In this document: piece by piece, positions 39,001 to 51,200 of the stretch
Layout: the number at the start of each line of letters is the position of its first letter
Position numbering within the stretch: position 1 is the stretch's first letter
From: Takakia lepidozioides
Taxonomy: Eukaryota; Plantae; Bryophyta
Direction: 5' to 3'
NCBI GenBank assembly: GCA_030704615.1
Contig: CM060732.1
Span: 72,602,001-72,666,000 of the forward strand
DNA: 64,000 nt
Position numbers and translations under genes: made by a program
The notes under the pieces: generated by a model
The model's input: the letters and a program-made list of their open reading frames with translations, nothing else
The model's database searches: none
Told to the model about the DNA's origin: nothing

Positions 39001-40380
39001 AACAATATGTGATGCTTGATCTTTAAGTTTCACTTCAAGTGGTCGAGTTTCATGGTCCACATTTCCTGATGCTAACGGTCGTCCATCGATGATTTCAACG
39101 GGGGCCGAAAGTTTCTTCTTTACGAGCGTTAAATTGTGTTGCTTCGCAAAGTTTTTGTCCATAAAACAAGCTGAAGCCCCTGAGTCCAAAAGTGTTTCTA
39201 CAAAGATATCTCGATTTTACACTGTGATTTTTACCGGAACTGTGAAGCAAGGTGCGGGGTCTGGAGGTAGAAAGAGACATTTTTTCGGTAAGGAATTTGT
39301 GGTGTCCAGCCGCATGGTCCCTACTGTGACTGGACATCTTTGTTTTCCGACCTCCTCATATCGAACACTTGAATTGTGCCCCGAGCTTTGAATCTTCTCT
39401 TGTTGGGGCAGTTTAATGCTATGTGATCTTCTTCTCCGCAATAGAGGCATAATCCATTCGAGCGTCGTCTTTGTTTTTCTTGTAGCGTCAATGGCTTGAA
39501 TCAGACAACATCAATCTGCATAGGATCTCTACCGGATGTCTGATGGATCGTTGTGTTTGGTGCCGTAGTAGTAGTGACATGATGCGTCGTCGACCATCCA
39601 GATCGCTTCTCTTGACGTCTTTCGATCAAACGATTATCGCATGCAATGACTTAGGTGATAAATTCACTCAGTGTGCTCACGTTTGGCATTGTCAGCAATA
39701 AATCTTTTACATCATCTTTTAGCCCACATCGAAACTGATTAATGAGACTCTTCTCATTCCAGTCGAGGTCGCACGCAAGTTGTCGAAATTCGATAGCATA
39801 AACGGAATCAGGATGTGCTCATTGTCGAAGATTTCGCATCTTTGTCTCTGCAACTCTCTCTCTATCATTCTCTCCAAACGTTGCAGTGAACTCGGACATG
39901 AATGCTTCAAAATTATATAATAAATGATTTTTTTCTTCTAATAGCGGTGCAAATCAAGATAGGGCAGTGCCTGATATAAGGGTGCCCACGAATCCCACTT
40001 GAATACCTTCATCGGGGTAGCGTTCTGGATGTAGTCATATGAACAGTCGTACTTGTTGAACAAAATCGCGAAATTTTGATCTCGTCCCATCAAATTTCTC
40101 GGGCATACTGATCTTTGGTTCTCTCATAATCTGTTGAAGATGAACCGTTGCAGTAGGAGCTGTTGCAGTAGGGATTCGTATGGTTGAAAATCCATTGTTC
40201 GACTCCTTTAACTTTTGAAATTTGTTGTTGCAAATTGTGGAGAGCGTTGCCAAGATCTTGAGACTGATCAACTTGCAATTGGGCGGTAGAGGTATGAAGT
40301 TCTTGCATCTGGAGCTGAAGACTCTGCAATGTGGCGACCATTTCCGCAAATGTGCCTTCCATCTTAACTGAACAAACTTT

Positions 40381-40391
40381 AGTCTCGCCAA
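40381..40391 (-). promoter_or_regulatory. Self-priming PBS of the Tcn1-like family
   Basis: Minus-strand ttggcgagact just after the 5' LTR is complementary to agtctcgccaa, which lies about 22 nt downstream of the LTR TATA (e.g. 42531-42541); Tf1-type self-priming arrangement. Confidence 0.8.
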
Positions 40392-43250
40392 ACTGTCAAG
40401 GACAAGAACATGACTGAACACAAACAAGAGACCAGACTAGAGGTACAAGACTAGACAATAAGTCAAGGTCGGCGTGGCCGAATGCATGGTGGGTAAACCT
40501 GAATCAAGATGATCTTTATAACAATGGACGAGAGTACAAGATACTGGAACTCGACTCGAATACTGGAATGCTGGAAACTGTACTGGAGTACCTGATACTG
40601 GAAACTGGACTAGAGTACTGGGACTGGGAACAAGAGTAGCTTGAACTTGTGTTGGCAAGACTGAAGAGTGTCCAGTCTCGCCTCCTATATATACTAGCTA
40701 CTAAGAAGCTTCCCCTATGGAGGTTTCTTGATGGAGAAGTTTCCTTAAACAAATGAGGTATCTTGATGGAGAAGTTTCATCCAAATAAAGCTTCCTGAGC
40801 AGTTTCCCAAGTTACTCTTGGTAATTTGGTAAACTCCCGGTAACTTGGTAAATAATGGTAAATAATGGTAGATCATGATATATCACGGTAAGTTATAGTA
40901 ACTTCCGATAACATGGTAACTTTTACAACAACACTACACATTCATCGACGAAACAAACTCCATTTTTCTCCAATTATGATCATCACCCTCGAGCCGATCC
41001 TCTCCATATGAAGACTGTCAGAAGCCCTACTGTAGAAGACCTTCCTACTCATCTTGTTATGATTCACAATGAGCTTACATTCCAATTAGCAGAAGCTCAA
41101 AAATAATGTAAGGATTATGCAGATCAACATCGACAAATTCAATCCAAGTTCAAGGTCGGAGATCGTGTATGGCTCTTTCGACGGAACATCCAAACCATGC
41201 GACCATAAAGAAAGTTGGATTATCAACGCCTGGGACCATTCAATATTATTCGTCAAATTAATCCGGTTAATTTCCAGCTTGAACTCCCACGAAGTATGCG
41301 CATCCACCCAGTCTTCCACGTCTCATTATTAGAGTTGTATCATCACTCAAGTATCCTTTGAGAGTTCATGTACCACCTCCACCAATTGAAGTCAATCATG
41401 AAATCGAGTATGAAGTCGACGAAGTCCTAGACTCTCGCATCAAGTATGGACGTCTTGAGTATTTCGTACATTGGAAAGACTACGACATTAGCGAACGCAC
41501 GTGGGAACCGCCATCCAATCTTGTCAACGCACCTGACAAAGTCCAAGAGTTTCATCAACGATATCCAGCTAAGCCTCGAGCCACACGTCAATAAGTCGTC
41601 ACAACGATGATGTCAGTCAAGTTAGCTTCAAGGTGAAGACTCCACATTCAGTGTACCTGATACACGCTAATGAGAGGGGAATACCACACATTAGTATATA
41701 TAGCTACACTTCAAGCACTCTTGCATTTTGTATTGGTAGCATGGAGTCACATGAATCAGATACATTGGAACTGTCACTTATCTAACTTCCAGACCAGCCG
41801 TTCTGACTCTCGCAACCTTCTCGACGACGTCCTCGGGAAGACGGGCCACCAATGCGACGCGTACTTCCTTGTCTGGACCCCGTACGACGGCAAGTGGAGC
41901 TACTCAAAGTCTGATAATCCTGTTGGAGGTTGAGCTTCAAACCTAGAGGGCAACGAAATCATGTTTGAAGGCAACTTCGAAGGTTAGAATGCTCAAATCA
42001 TTGCGTGGTCTCAAGTTCAAGGTGTTGGACACTATCGATGGTTGCAGGGACCTATAAATCATTTGAGTCAAGAACGAAGAACCAAATACTTGGCAAATAC
42101 AATTCGCCGAATTTTGGATTTCATTCAATTCTAAAGCAAGTCCAAGACTTTACCGCTCATTGAGGAACTCAGCGCTAGAGGAGGGGGTGATGTCACAGAC
42201 ATAGCCAAGAAGAATTTATCGAAAGTAACTTCCAGAAGTTACTGAGTTATCGGGAGTTATCAAATTACCGAAAGTTACCGTAGATTATCATGAGTTACCA
42301 AGTTACCGGAAGTTTATCAAATTACCAAGAGTAACTTGGAAAACTGCTCAGGAAACTTCTTTTGGAGGAAACTTCTCCATTAAGATACCTCATTTGTTTA
42401 ATGAAACTTCTCTATCAAGAAACCTCTTTTGTTTAAGAAAACTTCTCCATCAAGAAACCTCCATTGGGGAAGGTTTTTAAGAAACTTCCTAGTAGCTAAT
42501 ATATATAGAAGGCGAGACTGGACACTCCTTAGTCTCGCCAACACAAGTTCAAGCTATTCTTGTTTCCAGTCCCAGTACCCAGTTCAGCTTTCAGTACTCT
42601 AGCCCAGTTTCCAGTATTTGGCACTCTAATCCAGTTTCCAACATTCCAGTATTCGAGTCGAGTTCCAGTATCTTGTACTCTTGTCCATTGCTATAAAGAT
42701 CATCTTGATTCCTATTTACCCATCATGCATTCGGCCACGCCGACCTTGACTTCTTGTCTAGTCTTGTACCTCTAGTCTGATATCTTGTTTGTATTCAATC
42801 ATGTTCTTGTCCTTGATAGGAGTCCATACAAGGTTCATATGGTTGAGGGACCAAGGGAAAACCAAGGGAAAACGGCACGTGGATCAGACATTGTCCGAGG
42901 AGGATCTATCCGGAGTCCTGCTGGATACCCAGGAACACAAGCGGGGGATCGTCGGAGGAGGTGGCACGTGGAGTTCCAGGGGATAGCAGGGATCGGCCAG
43001 GGATGGGGAATCAGTCAGACCGGGGAATCTCGGAGTGCCGGGGACACGGGCCGGTCGTCGGAGGGTGTGCCACGTGGTTGTGAGGGGACGGCGGGGATCG
43101 GTGGGAGTCGGGACATGGGCGGGGGATCGTCGGAGGTGCGGATGCCACGTGGATGTCAGGGGGACGGTGGGGATCGGCCGGGGGATCTGTCTACCCGGGG
43201 GATCAACGCCCGCCGGGGACACGGGCGGGGGGCTGGGCGGGCGGGTGGGT

Positions 43251-43252
<2 letters not shown>

Positions 43253-43291
<39 letters not shown>
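43253..43291 (+). repeat. Poly(G) tract (~39 nt) after a GC-rich ggggatcg repeat region
   Basis: Read directly. Confidence 0.9.
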
Positions 43292-43293
<2 letters not shown>

Positions 43294-43309
43294 TTTCACG
43301 GGCTGTACC

Positions 43310-43549
43310 TCGCGGGCCGTACGGTTGGTTATTCCAGCCAACATAGCTATTTGCGAGCGTGGGTTCTCAAAGCAAAATTGGGTGAAAAATGACCGTAGAA
43401 ATAGATTGAAGTTGAGGACTTTGGATGCATTGATGCAAGTTTCTTTATGTGGGCTCGAAGTTGAGGCCATGAATTGGATTGCCATTTTTGAGATTTGGAG
43501 TGGCATGAAGGATCTTAGAGCTGTTCCATTGGCAATAAATTCAAATTGA
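43310..43549 (+). pseudogene. hAT transposase C-terminal dimerisation domain fragment
   Basis: LVIPANIAICERGFSKQNWVKNDRRNRLKLRTLDALM...IFEIW. Confidence 0.85.
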
Positions 43550-44133
43550 ATTTTATTCATAATTTTTATTATATGTGGTTGTGGAATGTGAAAAGACTTT
43601 CATTTCATGTGTATTATATAGAAAAATTATCTTTATGTTACATGCATGCTCGCCGAATGGCCGCCCGAAAAACAATTGAATGGCTGTCAAAATTACAGCC
43701 CTTCAAAATGAAAGGCGAAATTTTAAGGAAACTTGCAAATGAAAGTCTAAGGTACCCTTCAAAACTAAACACTCTGTGGAGAGGGGTACCACTGTATGTA
43801 GTGAAACTAGGTGTCAGGGGGTCATGAAACATTCTACAGACTAGGGAGGTGGATGACCTGCCTTTTATGGTGACATGTCATGTGGAAGACAACACATGGC
43901 AGCAGGAGAATTTGTAAGAACTGCAATCAGGACTACACTTTGGAAGTCTAAACTGTTCTTGTTGTTCTTTGGCAACAACCATTATTAGCAGTGATATACA
44001 TGACATGGAGAACTTGTATAGTGGGTGCGAGTGCGAACTCTTAATGTGCTCGCTTGTTTATGGTCCCATTTCAGCCGCAGGTCCAGTGTCTTTACATTGT
44101 TCTGACTTTGTGTTGTAAGTTGCTATGAGGGTA

Positions 44134-45130
44134 CAGTCTGCCCTGGATAAATGTTAACACTCGGGAGTAGAAGAAAAATAACATTTAGACAAGGTTAACA
44201 CATTAACAGTTTTTGAAGGGGTTAGTTGTAACACATTAACATTTACAGAATGTAACAATTAACAAATATAAAAATTATGAAAGTAACACTTATGAAATGA
44301 AATGTAATATATTCTATTCTCTCTTTGTTTGTGAGTTGTCTTTCATCTTTATTAATCACCTAATATCTAACTTATTAGTACAACACATCTATCTAACCAT
44401 ATGTGGGTGGGCCTATAGGAATTCCAAAAAGGCCTTGATGTGAAATGCATCGCAATTCACTTGATCATCCCCCTAAAAAGTGCGCAATCCTTTTTGGAAT
44501 TCCCTAGGCAGATAACCTATTCAGATAACCTCTACACCAATTTTTACTGCTCATTTGGTAGTTCTACTGATATAAGTTGTGGTGTCTATATATCAACAAC
44601 CAAAAAGAAAACTGCATAGGTATTTCAAGGATATTTTAACTACATTGACTAAAAAGACCAATCGATACCATCTACTTGCAAAATAGCTACGCAGGTATAA
44701 CTACCACATAACTTATGTGATCTCATCTCTCGGAAACGTCCAGCATGTCGTCTCAAAATGCTGAACATACATTGGTTGTATCTCAGAAATAACCTCCATA
44801 TCAAGTCTCCAAATGTTGTATATACACTTGCTTCATCTATTCACTTTAGTATTACCTCCCACTTACTTTCTGGTCTTCTGATTGGTTATGTTTTAAGATG
44901 GAATCTTATCATAATCTAGTTGGAACTTATACTACTTTCTCCTCTTATTAGGTGAAGCCTTTATCGTACACTTAACATTTATGGAGGGCAAATTAACAAA
45001 GAGGGGAGTAAACAATTGTTAACAAATAACACTTAACATTTGCTAGTGTGCACAAGTAGGGGAGTAAAATTTTCTTAACATTTATGGTAGTTTAACGTTT
45101 ATAGAGGTAACATTTATCCAGGGCAGACTG
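44134..45130. mobile_element. Non-autonomous Tc1/mariner(pogo)-type element (MITE-like), 997 bp
   Basis: Perfect 23-bp TIR cagtctgccctggataaatgtta / taacatttatccagggcagactg; TA on both sides; AT-rich, no ORF. Confidence 0.92.
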
Positions 45131-46555
45131 TAGTTAAGTGGAATCTTGTCTCATGTGTGCAGCAAGAGGAGGCATTTTAGCCCTTGTGGTAGACCTTCCA
45201 TGCAGTGTGAACCTCAGTCTCAACCATTTTCTTTTACGTTGTTATAGCTTCATGTGGAACACCTTCTGTTTTGAGTGTCTAGTATATTTTCTGGGTTGGA
45301 ACTGGGTAGTTGAATCACATTCAGGAGCGAGTGGAGATGCAATGGAATGGGCAGCAAGTGAGGACGGCATGGCATGACCCTGGACTGCGTGTTCAACGAC
45401 ACAAAGCTCTTTTGGTTTTGTTGACCCAATGGATGCCAGAATGTGGATGGAACGTGATATATATTCGTTCCATATTCTTTGGGGAAACAATAGGAATAAT
45501 ATAAGAACTTAATACACAGCATTCGATCTGACGATATGTTGCTGCCACGGCTCCTTGGGGGGGGAGGGGGGGCCTATCAAATCCTACACACACCCTCTTA
45601 CCCCGGATTCACAATCTAAATACTTTGGAATGCAAGAGGTTGTCAAGCAACGGTGTTTAGCCTATTGGTAGGGTGATGGCAGATCAAGTGACCAAGTTAC
45701 CAACTCCACCCACCCTTGAGAGGCCGAACCCTTACAAACTCACACAGCTGGGCATCAAAACCTACTTACAGCCTCAGGCCACAAGCTTCACACTCGCAAA
45801 AGACAGTATATTTCATTCCCAATCATCTGTTGAAGATGGGGTTATGAGACCCTCCATAATGAGACCATCAAATCGAGATACCAGGCCAGTTCAGGTCAAT
45901 TCTTGTGATAACGATTGTCCCATATTCTTAGCATTGTAAGTTTTACTTGCTCCAATAAATACAATAGGGCACAAGTTCTTGTCTCTTGCAAGACATAAAA
46001 ATAAAAAGCTCGGGGGAGGATGGGAGGTGAACGACATGCATTTCCTTGCATGTTACTTTTTCTCCTAATTTTTGTTTTACTTTCGTTTTCCATGTATTTG
46101 GACCGCTCCGTTGTCGAGGGTTCCAATACCAAAACTACTGACGTTTAGGCTCACACAAAGTAAGCTTCACACTCCCAAAGAAAAATATAGTTTGAACATT
46201 CCCATCTGGTTATGAGAATCGACCACTGGTTCCTCTTATTCCTCGATCCATACATAAACACGTAAAGATTGTTTCTAATTCAACACTGCATCTAATCCGC
46301 AAACATAATGTCATCTCTCCTCCACCCGCTGCTTTCCATCTGCAGGAACAGAAACTCAGTGCCAAACGGTTCCCTTTAACCTCTAACCATAGCCCCACTA
46401 GCAAAAAAGGAGCTAAGGACAAAGAGGGAGAGAACAGGCATCCACATAACAATCTTATGATCGTACACGGATTGCCATGAGCAATTGTAGCATCAACTCC
46501 CAAATCCTAGTTAGACCTGCTGCTGGTAGTGTAGACACCCTGCACTTACGATAAT

Positions 46556-47046
46556 TCACCGCTTCCCACCAGCTCCTGTCTTGGCTGCCTTGGGCTGAGG
46601 AGCCCGTGTGGCCTGCACCTTCCCGGAGCCCTTTGAGGTCTTGGCGAGCGCCTCCACCTTATTCGCCTTCCTGACATCTTTGGTCTTCTTAATCCGCTCT
46701 TTGATCTCACGCAGAGCACCCTCCCGTGCGGCAAGGCGGACCTCCGTCTTCTCAGTCCTCGTCTTGTTGATCAACTCGAGAGAAACCCCACAATGGAGCG
46801 CGAGTAGGGTTTGCTGATGGTCCTTCGTTTTCTCTTCACGGCCTCCGCATTGATATCCTTCTTGTGCTGCTTGCGGAACAAGGTCGTCCATGTCAGCTTC
46901 GACGGCTTGAGCCTGTTGTGGAAGTACCGCTTACATTTGCTGTTCAAAAACAGGAGCACCTGCGAATCCCTCCTCACGAATCTGATCCCTTGTACCGGGT
47001 AGATCTTGGAGCCACTGAATCTGCACACCTCCGTCTTGAGCACCAT
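46556..47046 (-). CDS. RPL24: 60S ribosomal protein L24 (eL24), intronless, one -1 frameshift in a G run (46786-46789)
   Basis: [27 protein letters not shown]...[16 protein letters not shown]...KPYSRSIVG then [30 protein letters not shown]...GGKR*. Confidence 0.93.
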
Positions 47047-47114
47047 CCTGCCCAGCTATGGCGGATCCCTCCACACCGATGTCACACTCTGCACTACAAA
47101 GCCCCGTCGTTCGT

Positions 47115-47205
47115 AAACCCTAAAATTCTGAAAGCTCGAATTATGGACGTAAACGCGTTCTTCATCCTCCCAAACCGGGATGAATCCGCTTTACCTAAAC
47201 CCTAA
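47115..47205. promoter_or_regulatory. Two telo-boxes (AAACCCTAA) upstream of RPL24
   Basis: aaaccctaa at 47115-47123 and 47197-47205; telo-boxes are typical of plant translation-machinery promoters. Confidence 0.7.
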
Positions 47206-48264
47206 ATCTCGATTTCCATTCACGGCTATGGCTTCTTCACCATTCTCTCCCCGCCGTTCTCTTCCCGCATGCTGCAGGAGCATGGCAGAGATCCAGGCGT
47301 TTGGTTTATGAACTTGGATCCATGGTGTTTCTCCTTCAGCTCTCGTTGAGAATAGAAGCAGTCTCATGCAGCAGCGTGCGGTATTTTGTAGTAGTAAACA
47401 AAACGGTGCATGTCTTCAACCTCGTCCACACTTGCCTTGGATATACTGTTGCAATGTTTGGAGCCAGTGTGTGATTTGGTTTGTTGAGTGAACACCAATC
47501 CATTTTTGCAATTCTTAAGCCCGTAGAGTAATGTAGATCTTAGAGACTTTGGTGGGGAAATGACTACTTAGAACATAGGAAATTGGCAAATGACTTCAAA
47601 TCACTGGCAACCAGGGAAAATCTCAGGCATGGACAGTTTTCAACTTCTTTCCTGAACACTGATTCAAGTATAAGTTAGGTCCCATCGACTGTACTGGATG
47701 GGTAGTCCAACTCTGCTTCCATCAACTACACAGCAGTATGTTTGGATAGTGCAAAGAGGAAATTTTGCCAGTATCTGTACAGTAATTTCATGTAGCTGTG
47801 TCGTGCACGGGCAAGATGTGCCACAGGTGCAGAGTGGTTAAGAGTGTGGGTTGAAACAATTTGGGTGCGTCTGTATCACCCTATGGTGCCTCAGTAACAT
47901 GGAAGCACCAGTCAGCGGTGGGAATTAGTGGTCACATCTGCTCTCTTTGGATCCTTTTTCTTCTGGCTCTTCACCTTTTCAAGAGTCAACATCTGCACAT
48001 GCATGGACCAGAAAACAAAAAAGTCGGTTCTTGGTGCTTCCTTTTTGTAACAACCCACTATCATCCAAGTTGGTTTCCTGCTATTCACTACACCTATTTC
48101 TGTTCCAAGGCGCCATCTAAAGATGATTATCGATCGTGCTCTAGGATTGTAGCATCCAATTCGAACATGATGCAAAATTGTTGTCCTTCATTAAATCAAG
48201 GAACCTTCCACCTTCACTTACTATCATCATTTGCATTTTTTAGAATAGAGCTTAGTTTAGGTGC

Positions 48265-51200
48265 TAGTTGCCTCTGAATTTTGTGTAGCCTGGTAAGGTC
48301 GGTGCATTAATCCGCACCTTGTCCTCAGTGTGAGACAACCGCTCCTCGAAAACTGCCACTGTGCGAGTAAGAACATCCAGCTGGCCAACTATGTGCTGCA
48401 CAGTCCCCATCCAGTGCTTATCAGCTCTTGTGTCCCATTTCCAAAACTTTCTTGGTGCTCTTTATCGTGGCCCCCCTTCTCTGCAGATGCTTTCCAACCA
48501 CTGCAACACAAACATGTATTTCATTGCTGCCTCAACTTTCAACAGACTATCCAGATGCCACACTTAACAAACTGTGGAGGCCTGGAGCTGTGGAATAGAG
48601 AAACCGCCAAGAGACAAGAAACCTGAAGGTTGGATTCAGAGACAGCAAGATAGAAGGAGAGCTCAGTTTGAGCCAAAAATGGCAGCAAACTTTTGCCACA
48701 GGTGTCACTATTGATTGAGAACGCTGTCAACGATCGGCAAAGTCAGCATGTCGCCCATCATTACGAGTAGTCATGTACATCTTTCCAGTTTTTTTTAAAT
48801 TGGATCGTTGTTCATATAGCGACCCCACTGCCAGTAGAACTGCAGACTACAAGCAGAGATGAAGAAGTACCCTCATGGACCCCAAGGAGAAGAGGAAAGA
48901 CGTACCTCCAAAGTTCTGCCAAAAGATTCCAGGTTTGCCTTTGAAATTTCAGGGCTCAAGGGGGAAGGGATGGGACGATCCTTGCTGCAAGGGGAATGAG
49001 CAGGACCATCCATACAGCGAGGGGATTGAACAGCAGGAACTTTACTGCAAGGGGACTGAACAGCGCTATCCTTACTTCGAGGGGAATGAAGTGCACAATT
49101 GTCTATGTCCCCATCTATCTCCATCTGCACACGGAATAGCATACTTCAGCTACAGGAAAAGTGCCAACCCCATGGAGATACTATCCAGTGTTTCTGAACA
49201 TCTACTTCCATAGGAACATAGCCATGGTCTCTCATGCTGCTTGTCTCACACAACTGTGTGTGTGCCTCTCTCTCAGATTGTGTTTGGGTGAAGATAAAAG
49301 CATAGAAACCCTGCTCCTGAGCAAATACAGTAATACTTGTGTCCTGAGCAAATACTTGTGTCCCTTGAGCCCTTGGTCTCTCCTGTGGACATGATAAATT
49401 CCAAAAGCCTGAGCATCAACCTGCTCTTTTCCGCAGGTGTGCTCCTCCACCAGTGCTTTGGGCCTGGTCCGTGTATCACAACCCAGTATCCGGTCCGCGA
49501 GATCTTTAGAATTGGTGCATACACACTGGCACGCATGGCATTGAGAGATACCGGGGCCCTCGTCATGCACAGTGCCAAGTAAAGCTGCAGAAAGAAGAGT
49601 TAACAAGCCCAATCAATAAGCCAGCCCAGGTTCAAATAAACAGCAACAAAGCACATGGATGTCTAGTTATACACACATACCCCCGTCGCCCACCACCCTG
49701 TGAAAAGCCATGCTGCTTATCAGTCATTTATTTTCTGTAGAGTTCCACAGGGACATATATGAGTGAATTCTAGCTAAAAGATAAAACTTCAAAACTCCTG
49801 TCCAATGGATGCTCGAAGCCTTACATAGTAGACACTTGTTGCTACCTGTTTCATCTGTAAAGTTGCAGTCCTAAACCATACAAGAGATATTGACTTGGTA
49901 CCTTGTGGATGACTTTCTGTTTGATCAAAATTTGTACGCCATAGCATCACCTGTACAGAGCTCTAACATGTCATTAACAGAACATCTCTGATAAAGGCTT
50001 GCAAGAGTTACGTAGAGAGTTGCTATACTAAAGAGCGAGCCAGAAAGAAAGAGCGAGACTAGAGCAGCAGCATGCATAAGTTGCCATTTGCAACTTAAAT
50101 GAAATCGAACTTAAACCCTAAACTATCGCCTCTTTACACACAAGAACGACTACCTGCTTACAGACAAACTTGTACACCGATATGAGCATACATCCGTAAG
50201 TACATCCATAATCATACATGTTCATCAGAACTTCCAGAGGCAAAATATTCGCCATTTGGGGAAAACACCGCACATGTAGTAGCACCTTCATGGCCCTGCA
50301 GAGAGTACAAGATCTGGCCCTCTCGCAGGTCCCAAACCTACAGTAGTATGGCCCCAGCAACCAGGTTAGACAAGACAGATAGTTGTTACTGGGTACAGAT
50401 ACAAATGCTCTTTCACTCCCACACCTGAAAATCAGTTCATATCTTGAGGGTACAGACTCCATACCACACATGTCACATTAACATTCAGAAGGAATTGGGC
50501 CACTACATTGGTAGTAGGATGCCCGTGATATGGAACGTGATATTGGCTATTACTTCATAGAGTCCCCTGTGTGATATTACAGAGCCAGTTGTGGCATTTT
50601 CAGCCTGTCAGGGCACGTGAGACAGGATAGTCCTGTAGCTCTTGTGCACAGTCAAGTTCATTCTGGGTTCAGCGAATAGAGTGGTGTTATAATGTACAAG
50701 CTGACATTGGCATCGAACTAAAAAGTGTAAAGCAGTGCCACTCCAAACCTCAATGTGAAACACATGTGACGCATGAGGCTGTGAGTGTACTGCCAGTCAC
50801 CCTGAAGTGAAAAGGGCCTGAACATACCTTGAGTGTTGAATCTTCACAAGTGGAAAGGAGAAAGTTGCCAGATGGGTGAAAGGAAACAGTATTCACGACT
50901 CCTGCATTTGCGGCGTAATGCTGGATCAGCATTCCGCTGCGAATGTCCCATATCTGACCCCCTCCTCAATGTTTCCAATACATGCGTCTTTGTGTCACTA
51001 GCCAATATGATGTCTTCTAACCTAGTTATAATTTTTGTTCTGTTTGTACTAAAATTGGAAATTTGAGGTCTACTTGCAGTTATTGAATCTGTAGAAATGA
51101 ACATGACAGCTTCAGATTTATGCTTTTCCAACTATCGTGGTTTGCATCTATTGCATCTTGTCACAGTTGTAGTCGGGTCACTAAAAGCACACTGCGCTCC

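Larger units (their letters stand above)
35048..40924 (-). mobile_element. Second Tcn1-like chromovirus nested antisense; LTRs 35048-35612 and 40394-40924 (outer end truncated); RT core deleted
   Basis: TSD ACAAC (35043-35047, 40925-40929); PPT at 35613-35626; gag [24 protein letters not shown], RNase H, integrase, chromodomain; junction LPLISGLL|DKGIFMD lacks the YLDD region. Confidence 0.93.
21190..42818 (+). mobile_element. Ty3/Gypsy chromovirus (Tcn1-like), outer host element; 5' LTR truncated and gag deleted; 3' LTR 42191-42818; three nested insertions
   Basis: TSD GGAGT at 21185-21189 and 42819-42823; LTRs start tgtcac; PPT agaggagggggtga before 42191; RT YLDD (~22325), RNase H EADASDF (~33245), integrase SMDFITDLP and HPQTDGQTER, chromodomain EYEVDEVLDSR...WKDY...TWEP (41358-41594). 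Confidence 0.95.

Noticed and set aside
42785-43549. 254-aa Gly-rich ORF as a gene
   Set aside because: It is a chimera of LTR end, GC-rich repeats, poly(G) and an hAT fragment; open only because of base composition.
47228-47310. Divergent gene sharing the RPL24 promoter
   Set aside because: Very short ORF with no recognisable homology or supportable exon chain.
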